Part shown: positions 56,373 through 64,000 of the stretch, in pieces | How positions within the stretch are numbered: position 1 is the first letter of the stretch | Layout: each line of letters starts with the position of its first letter | IMG/VR virus record: IMGVR_UViG_3300043548_000582 | Location: 1 to 64,000 of that record | Length of the DNA: 64,000 nt | Source of the DNA: a virus | Strand: one strand, 5' to 3' | Translations under genes and position numbers: made by a program | Notes under the pieces: model-generated | Told to the model about the DNA's origin: nothing | Databases searched by the model: none | Seen by the model: the letters and a program-made list of their open reading frames with translations, nothing else

Positions 56373-57283
56373 TCCACAACATTCTCAAGGGCGAGGAGAC
56401 AGGCAAATGCATTGATCTCCTTGTCCATGACAATCGAACTTTTAAACAGGCTATCTGCTATCTGCAAGATAGCCTGTTTCTTTTGAATCTCATCAAAATC
56501 TACATTGTAGATGTAGTTCAATAGACCACTAAGCAACTGCTCGTAATCATTATCAAACAGAGCATCATTTTCAATGAGATACTTTCTAGTTTGTAATGAT
56601 GATTTGTTTTGTATGCCAGCCCAAATGTAAGAATATAGATCTTCTGAGCTTGTTTTTACACCAATGTTCAGGGTTCCTGACACTGAATGCTTTTGAAGCT
56701 CATTGATGCACTTTCTCAAGTCTGGAAAGAAACCCTTAACTAATCTTACAACCTCTTTATTCTGCTCTGGGGGAACAACAACACCTTCATTGTTCAGAAT
56801 ATACAGACATCTCTTTACAGCACCTTTAAGAGTCGGCTTGACATCGACGCTTTGACATCTGGATTGCAATGCATCCATGATTTTGTGTCGATAATTGGCT
56901 GTTAGAATGAATCTCGCAACCGCAGAGTATTCTTCGATCAAGTTTCGCAGGCATTTCTGTGATTCTTTCGAAAGACCATCCGCTTCATCGAGAACAACAA
57001 CTTTAATTCCCCCGTTAAAGCTTTTGGTCCTTATGAAACCCGTTACTTTAGTTCGAATGTTATCAATACCAGTCTCATCTGAAGCGTTTATATACAAATA
57101 ATCACACTTCAAGATGTCTTGGACCAAGATTCTTGAAATTGTCGTTTTCCCTGTGCCTGCTGCCCCTGTAAAGAGGAAATGTGGTATTTCATCAGTGAAT
57201 GACTCGAAGAATTCTCTGGTATTATCAGAGATGCACATGTCATTCAATGTTTGCGGTCTGTATTTTTCAATCCATAAATTCAT
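56369..57283 (-). CDS. gp44: Clamp loader large subunit gp44 (RFC-like AAA+)
   Basis: LWIEKYRP, GAAGTGKTT, INASDE, LDEADGL, QSRC, FPDLRK. Confidence 0.95.
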   Translation of the reverse strand: MNLWIEKYRPQTLNDMCISDNTREFFESFTDEIPHFLFTGAAGTGKTTISRILVQDILKCDYLYINASDETGIDNIRTKVTGFIRTKSFNGGIKVVVLDEADGLSKESQKCLRNLIEEYSAVARFILTANYRHKIMDALQSRCQSVDVKPTLKGAVKRCLYILNNEGVVVPPEQNKEVVRLVKGFFPDLRKCINELQKHSVSGTLNIGVKTSSEDLYSYIWAGIQNKSSLQTRKYLIENDALFDNDYEQLLSGLLNYIYNVDFDEIQKKQAILQIADSLFKSSIVMDKEINAFACLLALENVVD

Positions 57284-58029
57284 AGTTCTTGCAATCCTAG
57301 TTTTTTGTCGGATCTATTCTCGATAGTGCGCACCAGATTGGCACAATCTAACAAACTATCGAATGATCCTACGTCGAACCAGAGGATATCATGAAGACAG
57401 CATACGTCAACCCCTTCTTTCTCATTCAATGCCTTGATCAGATCAACGATTTCAAGCTCGCCTCTCTTAGAGGGTTTGAGATGCTTTGCAATCGAGACTG
57501 CTTCTTTTGTGAAGACATAAAGACCAACAACAGCATCATTTCCAATGTATGTTTGGGGCTTTTCGATGATATCAATCAGTTCATTCTCTTCATTCAGTGT
57601 TGCAACGCCGTAATCATTTGGATTTTTAACTTTATAAGTAAAAATGGTGTTGGCAGGCGCATCTAGATTTTGATCTCCGATGAAAATATTATCCCCCAAT
57701 ATCAATGCAAGACGATCAGCATCATTTGCCCAATCCCCAGCTATCGTAAAGGCTTCAGGTAATCCATTTGGCTTATCTTGTATCTTGTATTGAAAGTTCA
57801 TGCCATATTTGGCACCATTTCCAAGATAATTGTAATACATCACCAGTTGTTCCTTGTCAGCACATATAATCAAAACATCGGTGTATCCCATCTTTTGCAA
57901 CGTTCCCAAACTGTATGAAATTACAGGTTTGTTGTATACTGGCAGCAATTGTTTTGATATACCGAACTGTGTTAGTGGATAGAGTCTAGTTGCTCGTCCT
58001 CCCGCTAAACATATCGCCTTTTTAATCAT
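57280..58029 (-). CDS. rmlA: Glucose-1-phosphate thymidylyltransferase
   Basis: LAGGRATRLYPLT, SKQLLPVYNKP, Q.KPNGLPEAF, LILGDNIF, EKP, SKRGELEI. Confidence 0.92.
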   Translation of the reverse strand: MIKKAICLAGGRATRLYPLTQFGISKQLLPVYNKPVISYSLGTLQKMGYTDVLIICADKEQLVMYYNYLGNGAKYGMNFQYKIQDKPNGLPEAFTIAGDWANDADRLALILGDNIFIGDQNLDAPANTIFTYKVKNPNDYGVATLNEENELIDIIEKPQTYIGNDAVVGLYVFTKEAVSIAKHLKPSKRGELEIVDLIKALNEKEGVDVCCLHDILWFDVGSFDSLLDCANLVRTIENRSDKKLGLQEL

Positions 58030-58921
58030 TTAATACCTCCTCTAAGATTTCTTGTTCGTCTCGCATTTTCATAATGGTGGATGCTTTTGTGTTATCCAAA
58101 ACACAATTGCTTCGACCAGCGATTATTGGAATTTCCGTGATATTTACGAATTCCCATTCCGGGTTGTTCCTGCGGAACTTTTCCATTATGTTTACAACTT
58201 CCTTGGTTGTTAATGGATTTGGATTCACTACATTGTATATCCTATGTGGGCAACCCATATTATATGATTCATGTATAAACAAGTCATGTATAAGTGTGTT
58301 TGTGAATTCGCAAAGATCAGGAATGTAAGTCTTGCTGTTTTTATAATCGATCAAAGTATTATACTTTTTGATTTTTGATAGATAGCTGCGAGCATCATGC
58401 AATCCGCTGATTGGCATCCTAATTCGGAGGATGCTGATCGGCAAGTGTTTTGAAAGAACCTCAAATGCGTGTTTGGTTTTGCTGTAGAATGAACTTTCAT
58501 CATTATACAATCCGAAGTTTGGAGCGTCGTCTTCGGTGAATTCTTTTTCGTAACCTGTGTATATACATCCGCTACCGATATGTATGTATCGTTTGCCCAA
58601 GTCTGTAGTCAATTTGGCACACATCAATGGAGATGTCACATTCAGCCGCCAACACTCTTCTTTTTTGCTTTCAGCTTCGTCGATGTTTGGTCTACCGGTG
58701 AATCCACTGCAATTGACGACAACATCTGGTTCAAAATTGAAATTTAATTCATACCAGAATGTTTTCGGATCGTGGTAATTGAGGGTTTTAGAGTCTAGGA
58801 CTTTGACAGTGTGACCCTCTGACATCAGATGGTTGCCAATATGATTTCCGATGTATCCGTTTCCTAGAATTAAAATCTTACGCTTGATCGTATTCTTCTT
58901 CAATAAATTCTTTGATGTCAT
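58022..58921 (-). CDS. NDP-4-keto-6-deoxyglucose 3,5-epimerase/4-reductase-like SDR (RmlD/NRS-ER type)
   Basis: LGNGYIG, GFTGRPNID.AE, SGCIY, F.E.D.PNF, SFYSKTK, LRIRMP, RSNCVLD. Confidence 0.8.
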   Translation of the reverse strand: MTSKNLLKKNTIKRKILILGNGYIGNHIGNHLMSEGHTVKVLDSKTLNYHDPKTFWYELNFNFEPDVVVNCSGFTGRPNIDEAESKKEECWRLNVTSPLMCAKLTTDLGKRYIHIGSGCIYTGYEKEFTEDDAPNFGLYNDESSFYSKTKHAFEVLSKHLPISILRIRMPISGLHDARSYLSKIKKYNTLIDYKNSKTYIPDLCEFTNTLIHDLFIHESYNMGCPHRIYNVVNPNPLTTKEVVNIMEKFRRNNPEWEFVNITEIPIIAGRSNCVLDNTKASTIMKMRDEQEILEEVLND

Positions 58922-59099
58922 GTATGTTTACATTATCATTCGTTTGGAGAAAGTCAACCATCGCAGATGCCAATTCATTGCCCATACTTGAAAGCTCCTC
59001 ATCTTCAGTGCTGTCCAAGAATATTTGCAGTTCTTCAATAGCATCTAGGATCTTGTCCTCTTTTTGATTGATAGTTTTCAACAGTTTGATTTTATTCAT
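58878..59099 (-). CDS. Hypothetical acidic protein
   Basis: 73-aa ORF at the head of the rml-gp44 operon. Confidence 0.55.
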   Translation of the reverse strand: MNKIKLLKTINQKEDKILDAIEELQIFLDSTEDEELSSMGNELASAMVDFLQTNDNVNIHDIKEFIEEEYDQA

Positions 59100-59139
59100 A
59101 ATTTGCAGTATTTACTTTGAGGGGTCACTAAATATAGTC

Positions 59140-60429
59140 ATGGGTTTAAAAATTTCAAGTCTGCCGGTAAATTCTCTGCCTTATTCAGGTTCAGAAAAAC
59201 TACCTTTAGTTCAATCAGGTGTTACAAAAGCAGGCACTCTCAGTTCTTTTGTAAATTATTTGTCGGGAGCTTTACCTTCTGGAGGCAGCAATGTGTCGTC
59301 TTTAACTGGTAATTGGCAAAGTACATATACCACATTTAGTTCAAACAGCGCTAATTATGCTGTTAAAAATGCTGATAATAATTTTAACACAAATCAAACA
59401 TTTACTGACGATATCACTATAGGTACAGGCACATATTTGAAAGAAATACCTGCCCCGTCTACAATCGATGCATATTCACTTATATTAGGTTATAATGCAG
59501 GTGCTAATGACGGTTCATCTACTACATATGATGATAATGTATTTATAGGGTATCAGAGTGGTAATGATAGCGGAAGTATTTTTGGAGCAACTTCTAAAAA
59601 TATAGGCATTGGTTACGGATCTTTGGATTCTGCTGGCTCTGGTACTTACGGATCCGCATCTAATAATATTGCCTTGGGAGAAAGTTCTGGTATTAATATT
59701 GGTTCCAATAACGTGTCTACCCCTAACACAACTAACAATATAATTTCTATTGGATCGAATGCTGGTAGTAATATAGGTTCTGGTAATGATAGTTCAAACG
59801 GAAATGCTGTAAATGTAATAGCGATAGGTAATACTGCTGGAACAGGTGTAGGATCAGCTACAAGCTATTCGGGTGATGCAGTAGATGTAATAGCAATTGG
59901 TTCAGAAGCTGGTATCGATGCAGGTAGCGGCGGTGTTGATAATAGTGGTAACATAAATTATTCAGTTTTCTTAGGTGTACAAGCTGGTCATAGCGTAGGT
60001 AAAGGGGATATTCTCGCTGGTAATGCTAGTGATATTATTGCTATAGGTAGACAATCTGGTTATGAAAGTAATATAGGCGCAACCACAAGTGATAATATCT
60101 ATATCGGTAGAGAGTCTGGTTATCGGAACGGATATAGTACTAATTCTCAGAATAACATTTTCATCGGATTATCTTCCGGCTATAATAAACAAGGCAGTAG
60201 AAATACATTCATCGGAGACCTAACTAATACAACACCAACAGACTCTGTAAATCTCAGTGGTTGTATAGCTATCGGTTATGGCGCTCAGCCAACAGCGAGA
60301 AATACCATCGCTCTTGGTTCTGCTTCAACTCCTTTGAGCGTTGTTCCCGGTGCATCAACGTATCAACAATTATCTGGATTGAAAGTGATGATAAACGGTA
60401 CTTATTACACGATACCGCTATTCTCTTGA
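59140..60429 (+). CDS. Fibre/spike protein with Gly-rich N.xIG..[AS]G repeats (trimeric autotransporter-head-like)
   Basis: Repeated NVFIGYQSG/NIGIGYGS/VIAIG; KISSLP N-terminal module; TAAATA-N5-ATG. Confidence 0.7.
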   Translation: MGLKISSLPVNSLPYSGSEKLPLVQSGVTKAGTLSSFVNYLSGALPSGGSNVSSLTGNWQSTYTTFSSNSANYAVKNADNNFNTNQTFTDDITIGTGTYLKEIPAPSTIDAYSLILGYNAGANDGSSTTYDDNVFIGYQSGNDSGSIFGATSKNIGIGYGSLDSAGSGTYGSASNNIALGESSGINIGSNNVSTPNTTNNIISIGSNAGSNIGSGNDSSNGNAVNVIAIGNTAGTGVGSATSYSGDAVDVIAIGSEAGIDAGSGGVDNSGNINYSVFLGVQAGHSVGKGDILAGNASDIIAIGRQSGYESNIGATTSDNIYIGRESGYRNGYSTNSQNNIFIGLSSGYNKQGSRNTFIGDLTNTTPTDSVNLSGCIAIGYGAQPTARNTIALGSASTPLSVVPGASTYQQLSGLKVMINGTYYTIPLFS

Positions 60430-60463
60430 TTTTTCATTTCTTTAAAATTTAATAAATACATAT

Positions 60464-60823
60464 ATGAGTATACTTAACAGCACCCCAACAGTCCAGACTG
60501 TATTAACAGATGAGCAAATTTTAAATAGCTTAGCAGCTGAAATTAAAAGATTTTCAAAAAGATCTTATGATTCTGTATTAGAAATACAAAACAAAGGTAT
60601 AAATCTTGTATGGAAACGTGGTAGATTCACACCGCAGCAAATTATAGATGCTCTTGGTCCAGATGCCGTTAAAATATTTCAAATGCATGCTATTTTAACA
60701 GATGCAATCAAACAAATAGCTGCCATTGATGGTATAGAAGCTCCAGTAGCATTACCAACAAATGCTTTTGAGATTGTAGATGGTGCTATTGTTGTATCTG
60801 AAGATCCATATATTACTCAATAA
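60464..60823 (+). CDS. Hypothetical late protein, fibre-associated
   Basis: TAAATA-N5-ATG; lies between two fibre genes. Confidence 0.6.
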   Translation: MSILNSTPTVQTVLTDEQILNSLAAEIKRFSKRSYDSVLEIQNKGINLVWKRGRFTPQQIIDALGPDAVKIFQMHAILTDAIKQIAAIDGIEAPVALPTNAFEIVDGAIVVSEDPYITQ

Positions 60824-60835
60824 CTTATAAATTTT

Positions 60836-63286
60836 ATGACAGGTATCAAAATTATAGACTTACCAAGCAGCACACTGCCTTATACGGGAACAGAACGTAT
60901 TCCTATAACACAAGATGGCGAAACACGAAATGGTACATTAAATTCATTCGTTAATTATATATCAGCTTTTACACCACCTCAACCTCCACTAACACAAGAT
61001 GGAATAGAGTCCGCAATCACTGATAACTCATCATTTCTAACTAATTTAGGCGCTGTTAGTTCTAACGGATCTGGTATTGTAGATAGTTCCAATTTTCGTG
61101 AAACTCTGCTATTAAATGATACAGCAATACCGGATTCACTTAATTGGCAACCGAATTGTTTTAATAAACTTGTATTATCAGGCGCACCTATACATGTATT
61201 GATTGCAGGTGACTCATTATCTACCCAACTAAGAATGCCTCCAAACGCAGCTTCCGCAGGTATAATAGGCGCTTCAAGATTAGCAGGATCTGTTAATGTC
61301 AGTGATTATAACGGACAAGATGGTAGACCTAGATTTGAGGATGTATGGTTAGCTCCTTATCATGTGATTTCAGCCGGTGGTAGTGCTGTTTATCATATAG
61401 GCGGTCAAGGAGCAGTTAGCCCTGTTGCTACAAGAGCTAACACAATATCCGTAATGTATATTGCTGAAAGTGGAGCTGCTACGTTTAATTTGATGTACTC
61501 TACAAACTTGGGTACCAATTGGACGATTGTATCGAGTATTAGTGCTAACAATGGTGGATCAAGAGAAGGTAAAGTATATATCAATTCTTCTTTACCTGCA
61601 TCAAATTCACCGACGTTCGTTGCAGGCATTAGCGGTGTTACAGGTGGTAATGTTCGTATTATAGGTGTTGGACTTTACCACAATACAGGATTGGGTGTTG
61701 TAGAGCTTCGAGCATTGGCAAATCTTGGAGGTATTGATATAACAAACTTTGGCGCTGTGCCTGATTCTATATTTACCCCGCTATGGTCTCACATGTCTCC
61801 TGATCTTGTAGTAAGTCATTTTGCTGATTCGCCAGAGGATTGGAAAGACGTTAAGTTAACACTTAATAATGTGGTTACAAATGGTACTAATACTATAACA
61901 TTTGATGCATATCCACCTACAGAGTATGCAAATGGAAATGCATATAGACCTTATCCTTTGGTAGGTGACTATATAACAGGTACTAATATACCGCCTAATA
62001 CTAGAATCACAGCACATACTAAAAACTCGCAAACAGCGACAATAAGCAACTCAGCTACAGGAAGTGGCACAAACTCTGCTAATATTCGAGGAGCGTTTGT
62101 ATCATTTTACGAACGCTGTAGTAGTATTAAGAGTAAAACGGATTGGATTCAGTTTTCAATGAATCCAACAATGTCACCAGCTCTCTCTCAACACCCTCGA
62201 TGGGAAAGTGGTGTGTCTTACCCTGTAGGTACTCGCGTTACTACATATAATGCAGATGCTACTATTGCAGTAGGTAGACTTGAACGAGTTTATGTTTCTA
62301 AAGCTAACCATACATCAGATTCAACCACGCTACCTAATGTAGGGGCATCTTGGCAAACAGTATGGGATGAAGACCTGCTTGATGCAGCATCAATATCTGC
62401 GGGGACAGGAAGAGCGAGACAGCAAGCAAAAGCTCAAAGAGAGTGGGCAATTAGATCTGGCCATTCATTCATCAACGGTTTTGATATTTTTAGAGATTAC
62501 AGATCAGCGTCTAGTGCAGGGTTAATGTCACCACCTGACATGATTCATCCTAATGACGTAGGACATCCATTTAAAAATGTTATGTTTTGGTCTAAAATCC
62601 CACTTGCTCAAATGAATTTGGGCTTAATTGGGAATGTCTACTCTAAAGATGGTAATGTACCTTTAATTTACACAACACCGGCAAGTAATATTTATGCTCC
62701 CGGAGATGCAGGTTTAGTTGAAATTAGCCGTCCGCTAAGAATGTCAGGACCGGGGGCTCAAATTAATTTAGGAGACCGTAATACCCCTGTTAGTTTCAAC
62801 GCTGATGTGGCATTTTCAAACACCGGTGGAGTTTTAACTATAAGTAACTTTAATACTAGTATTGTCGCTATTGGCGGAACATCTTCTTTTCTTGGATGGC
62901 ACCCCGGTTCTAATGGTGCTGTATTAGGCGGTCGTGGATCAAATTGGTGGAATCTTGGAGGAGCTGGAGTCAGACTTGAATATACACCTACGACAACAAA
63001 TTATACTATCGCTGCTACCGACTATACTGTTAATGTAACAAGTAATTCTGTAACCGTTCAATTACCACTAGCGGAAGCGCTAAATTCAAATACTAGTAAT
63101 TTCACTAATACTAGAGCAGGTGTAGAAGGTAAACTATATTGTATTAAAAATTCTGGAACAGGCACGACAGTTACATTATCAGCAAATGGTGCACAATTAA
63201 TTAATTCAACAAATACATTGTCAATATCATCAGGTCAAATGTTTAAAGTTCAATCAACAGGAACTGGTTGGATAACTGTAATGTAA
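60836..63286 (+). CDS. Virion spike with SGNH/GDSL esterase domain and CBM5/12-like insert
   Basis: IAGDSLS, DMIHPNDVGH, WESGVSYPVGTRV...YVSKANHTS...W; N-terminal module shared with 59140. Confidence 0.7.
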   Translation: MTGIKIIDLPSSTLPYTGTERIPITQDGETRNGTLNSFVNYISAFTPPQPPLTQDGIESAITDNSSFLTNLGAVSSNGSGIVDSSNFRETLLLNDTAIPDSLNWQPNCFNKLVLSGAPIHVLIAGDSLSTQLRMPPNAASAGIIGASRLAGSVNVSDYNGQDGRPRFEDVWLAPYHVISAGGSAVYHIGGQGAVSPVATRANTISVMYIAESGAATFNLMYSTNLGTNWTIVSSISANNGGSREGKVYINSSLPASNSPTFVAGISGVTGGNVRIIGVGLYHNTGLGVVELRALANLGGIDITNFGAVPDSIFTPLWSHMSPDLVVSHFADSPEDWKDVKLTLNNVVTNGTNTITFDAYPPTEYANGNAYRPYPLVGDYITGTNIPPNTRITAHTKNSQTATISNSATGSGTNSANIRGAFVSFYERCSSIKSKTDWIQFSMNPTMSPALSQHPRWESGVSYPVGTRVTTYNADATIAVGRLERVYVSKANHTSDSTTLPNVGASWQTVWDEDLLDAASISAGTGRARQQAKAQREWAIRSGHSFINGFDIFRDYRSASSAGLMSPPDMIHPNDVGHPFKNVMFWSKIPLAQMNLGLIGNVYSKDGNVPLIYTTPASNIYAPGDAGLVEISRPLRMSGPGAQINLGDRNTPVSFNADVAFSNTGGVLTISNFNTSIVAIGGTSSFLGWHPGSNGAVLGGRGSNWWNLGGAGVRLEYTPTTTNYTIAATDYTVNVTSNSVTVQLPLAEALNSNTSNFTNTRAGVEGKLYCIKNSGTGTTVTLSANGAQLINSTNTLSISSGQMFKVQSTGTGWITVM

Positions 63287-63294
63287 TTGTGTGA

Positions 63295-64000
63295 TTAATA
63301 ATAAGTGCCGTATATAGACGTGTCGTTGACGCTGTTGTCGAATATATTATCCTTAGAATATTCATCAACATCAAACGGATATGTTTTAGGATTGCTGCTC
63401 AATTGCACACTGGACAACTGATCAAGTAGAGTTATGCTGCTGCTCAATACACCACTGAATGAGTTATCATACACCTGAACGTTGTTATCTTCATCAGGAA
63501 ATCCAGCTTCAAAGCTGTAATCATATCTCTTCGCTGTAACTTTCCATATATAGTGGCCCATCAGTGGATTCAATGCCCCTCCATCTTCATCAATAACTTC
63601 AGTCACAACAAAAGTTTTCGGACCTCTACCACCCGGTCTATCACAACCAAAAGGTGTTAGAACAAAGCCATCATCAGCTTTCGGCTCCACCCTCTGACCA
63701 TTATTCGAGTGTATGTTTATTTGATTGAAAGCTGTTGTGAATGAGTCTATGTGGAAATACAGGGTGACACTATCATCAGGCTCCCATCCGTATGTTTGTA
63801 GAGGAACTCCGTTGTGTTGATATTCCACGTAAGCTCTTATAGCAACAGGTCCATAGTATGGCGTGACTGTATGTTCCCCGTAAAAGTTATTAGCAGCTGA
63901 TAAATTATACGTGTTGACGTAATAATTGATATCGACTCCGAAATTATTTATAAGTTCAGAAAATCCGCTGTTGTATAAAGCGCGTTCAGCTTGAAATTTA
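63295..64000 (-). CDS. gp14: Neck protein, gp14-like (5' end outside the window)
   Basis: Frame is open to the edge: SELINNFGVDINYYVNTYNLSAANNFYGEH...IRAYVEY...YGWEPDDSVTLYFH...EPKADD. Confidence 0.7.
   Translation of the reverse strand, partial: KFQAERALYNSGFSELINNFGVDINYYVNTYNLSAANNFYGEHTVTPYYGPVAIRAYVEYQHNGVPLQTYGWEPDDSVTLYFHIDSFTTAFNQINIHSNNGQRVEPKADDGFVLTPFGCDRPGGRGPKTFVVTEVIDEDGGALNPLMGHYIWKVTAKRYDYSFEAGFPDEDNNVQVYDNSFSGVLSSSITLLDQLSSVQLSSNPKTYPFDVDEYSKDNIFDNSVNDTSIYGTYY

Noticed and set aside
58878-58921. Possible non-ATG (ACG) start for the epimerase/reductase, and a similar ambiguity for primase near 31389-31440
   Set aside because: In-frame upstream ATGs exist, so this cannot be resolved without homologue alignment.
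1-64000. Stop-codon reassignment
   Set aside because: Core genes are full length in code 11; the only suspicious internal stop is a single TAA at 4566.
20-64000. Many 60-160 aa ORFs overlapping larger genes on the opposite strand or in another frame (for example 12541-12933, 29244-29633, 32934-33407)
   Set aside because: They have no recognisable motifs or promoters and overlap well-supported genes.
1-64000. tRNA, rRNA, reverse transcriptase, integrase or transposase genes
   Set aside because: None were recognised; intergenic gaps are too short or lack cloverleaf features. A tRNAscan/Infernal run would confirm this.

Overview
This is a 64-kb piece of a large, AT-rich T4-like myovirus genome (Tevenvirinae-superfamily gene set), read in the standard genetic code; no tRNA, rRNA or CRISPR array was seen. 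It holds a T4-type replication, recombination and late-transcription core (uvsY, uvsW, gp55, gp47, gp46, gp43, uvsX, gp41, gp32, gp45, gp61, gp44, gp62), plus GroES and PhoH. It also holds a baseplate/fibre block (gp25, gp6, PKD, collar and Mtd-N proteins), a gp14-like neck gene cut by the right edge, three free-standing endonucleases, and many small proteins with capsid-targeting-like N-termini. The best candidate for an undescribed system is phage-encoded O-glycosylation of the virion. The evidence is about nine glycosyltransferases (GT6, GT11, GT10, GT7-like, several GT2, one GT-B), a methyltransferase, NDP-rhamnose enzymes, mucin-like Thr/Pro proteins next to a GT2, and an L-S-[A/G/S] tripeptide enriched in peripheral structural proteins that could be a sequon. 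Other signals are TAAATA-N5/6-ATG late promoters implying leaderless mRNAs, sigma70-type promoters with a fixed 16-bp spacer, a promoter/G-tract/AT-tract/terminator unit resembling an R-loop origin, an endonuclease flanked by a recoded duplicate gene end, a variable 63-bp LRR repeat array, and a degenerate DHH protein next to the helicase. All family calls come from motif recognition by eye; no searches were run.
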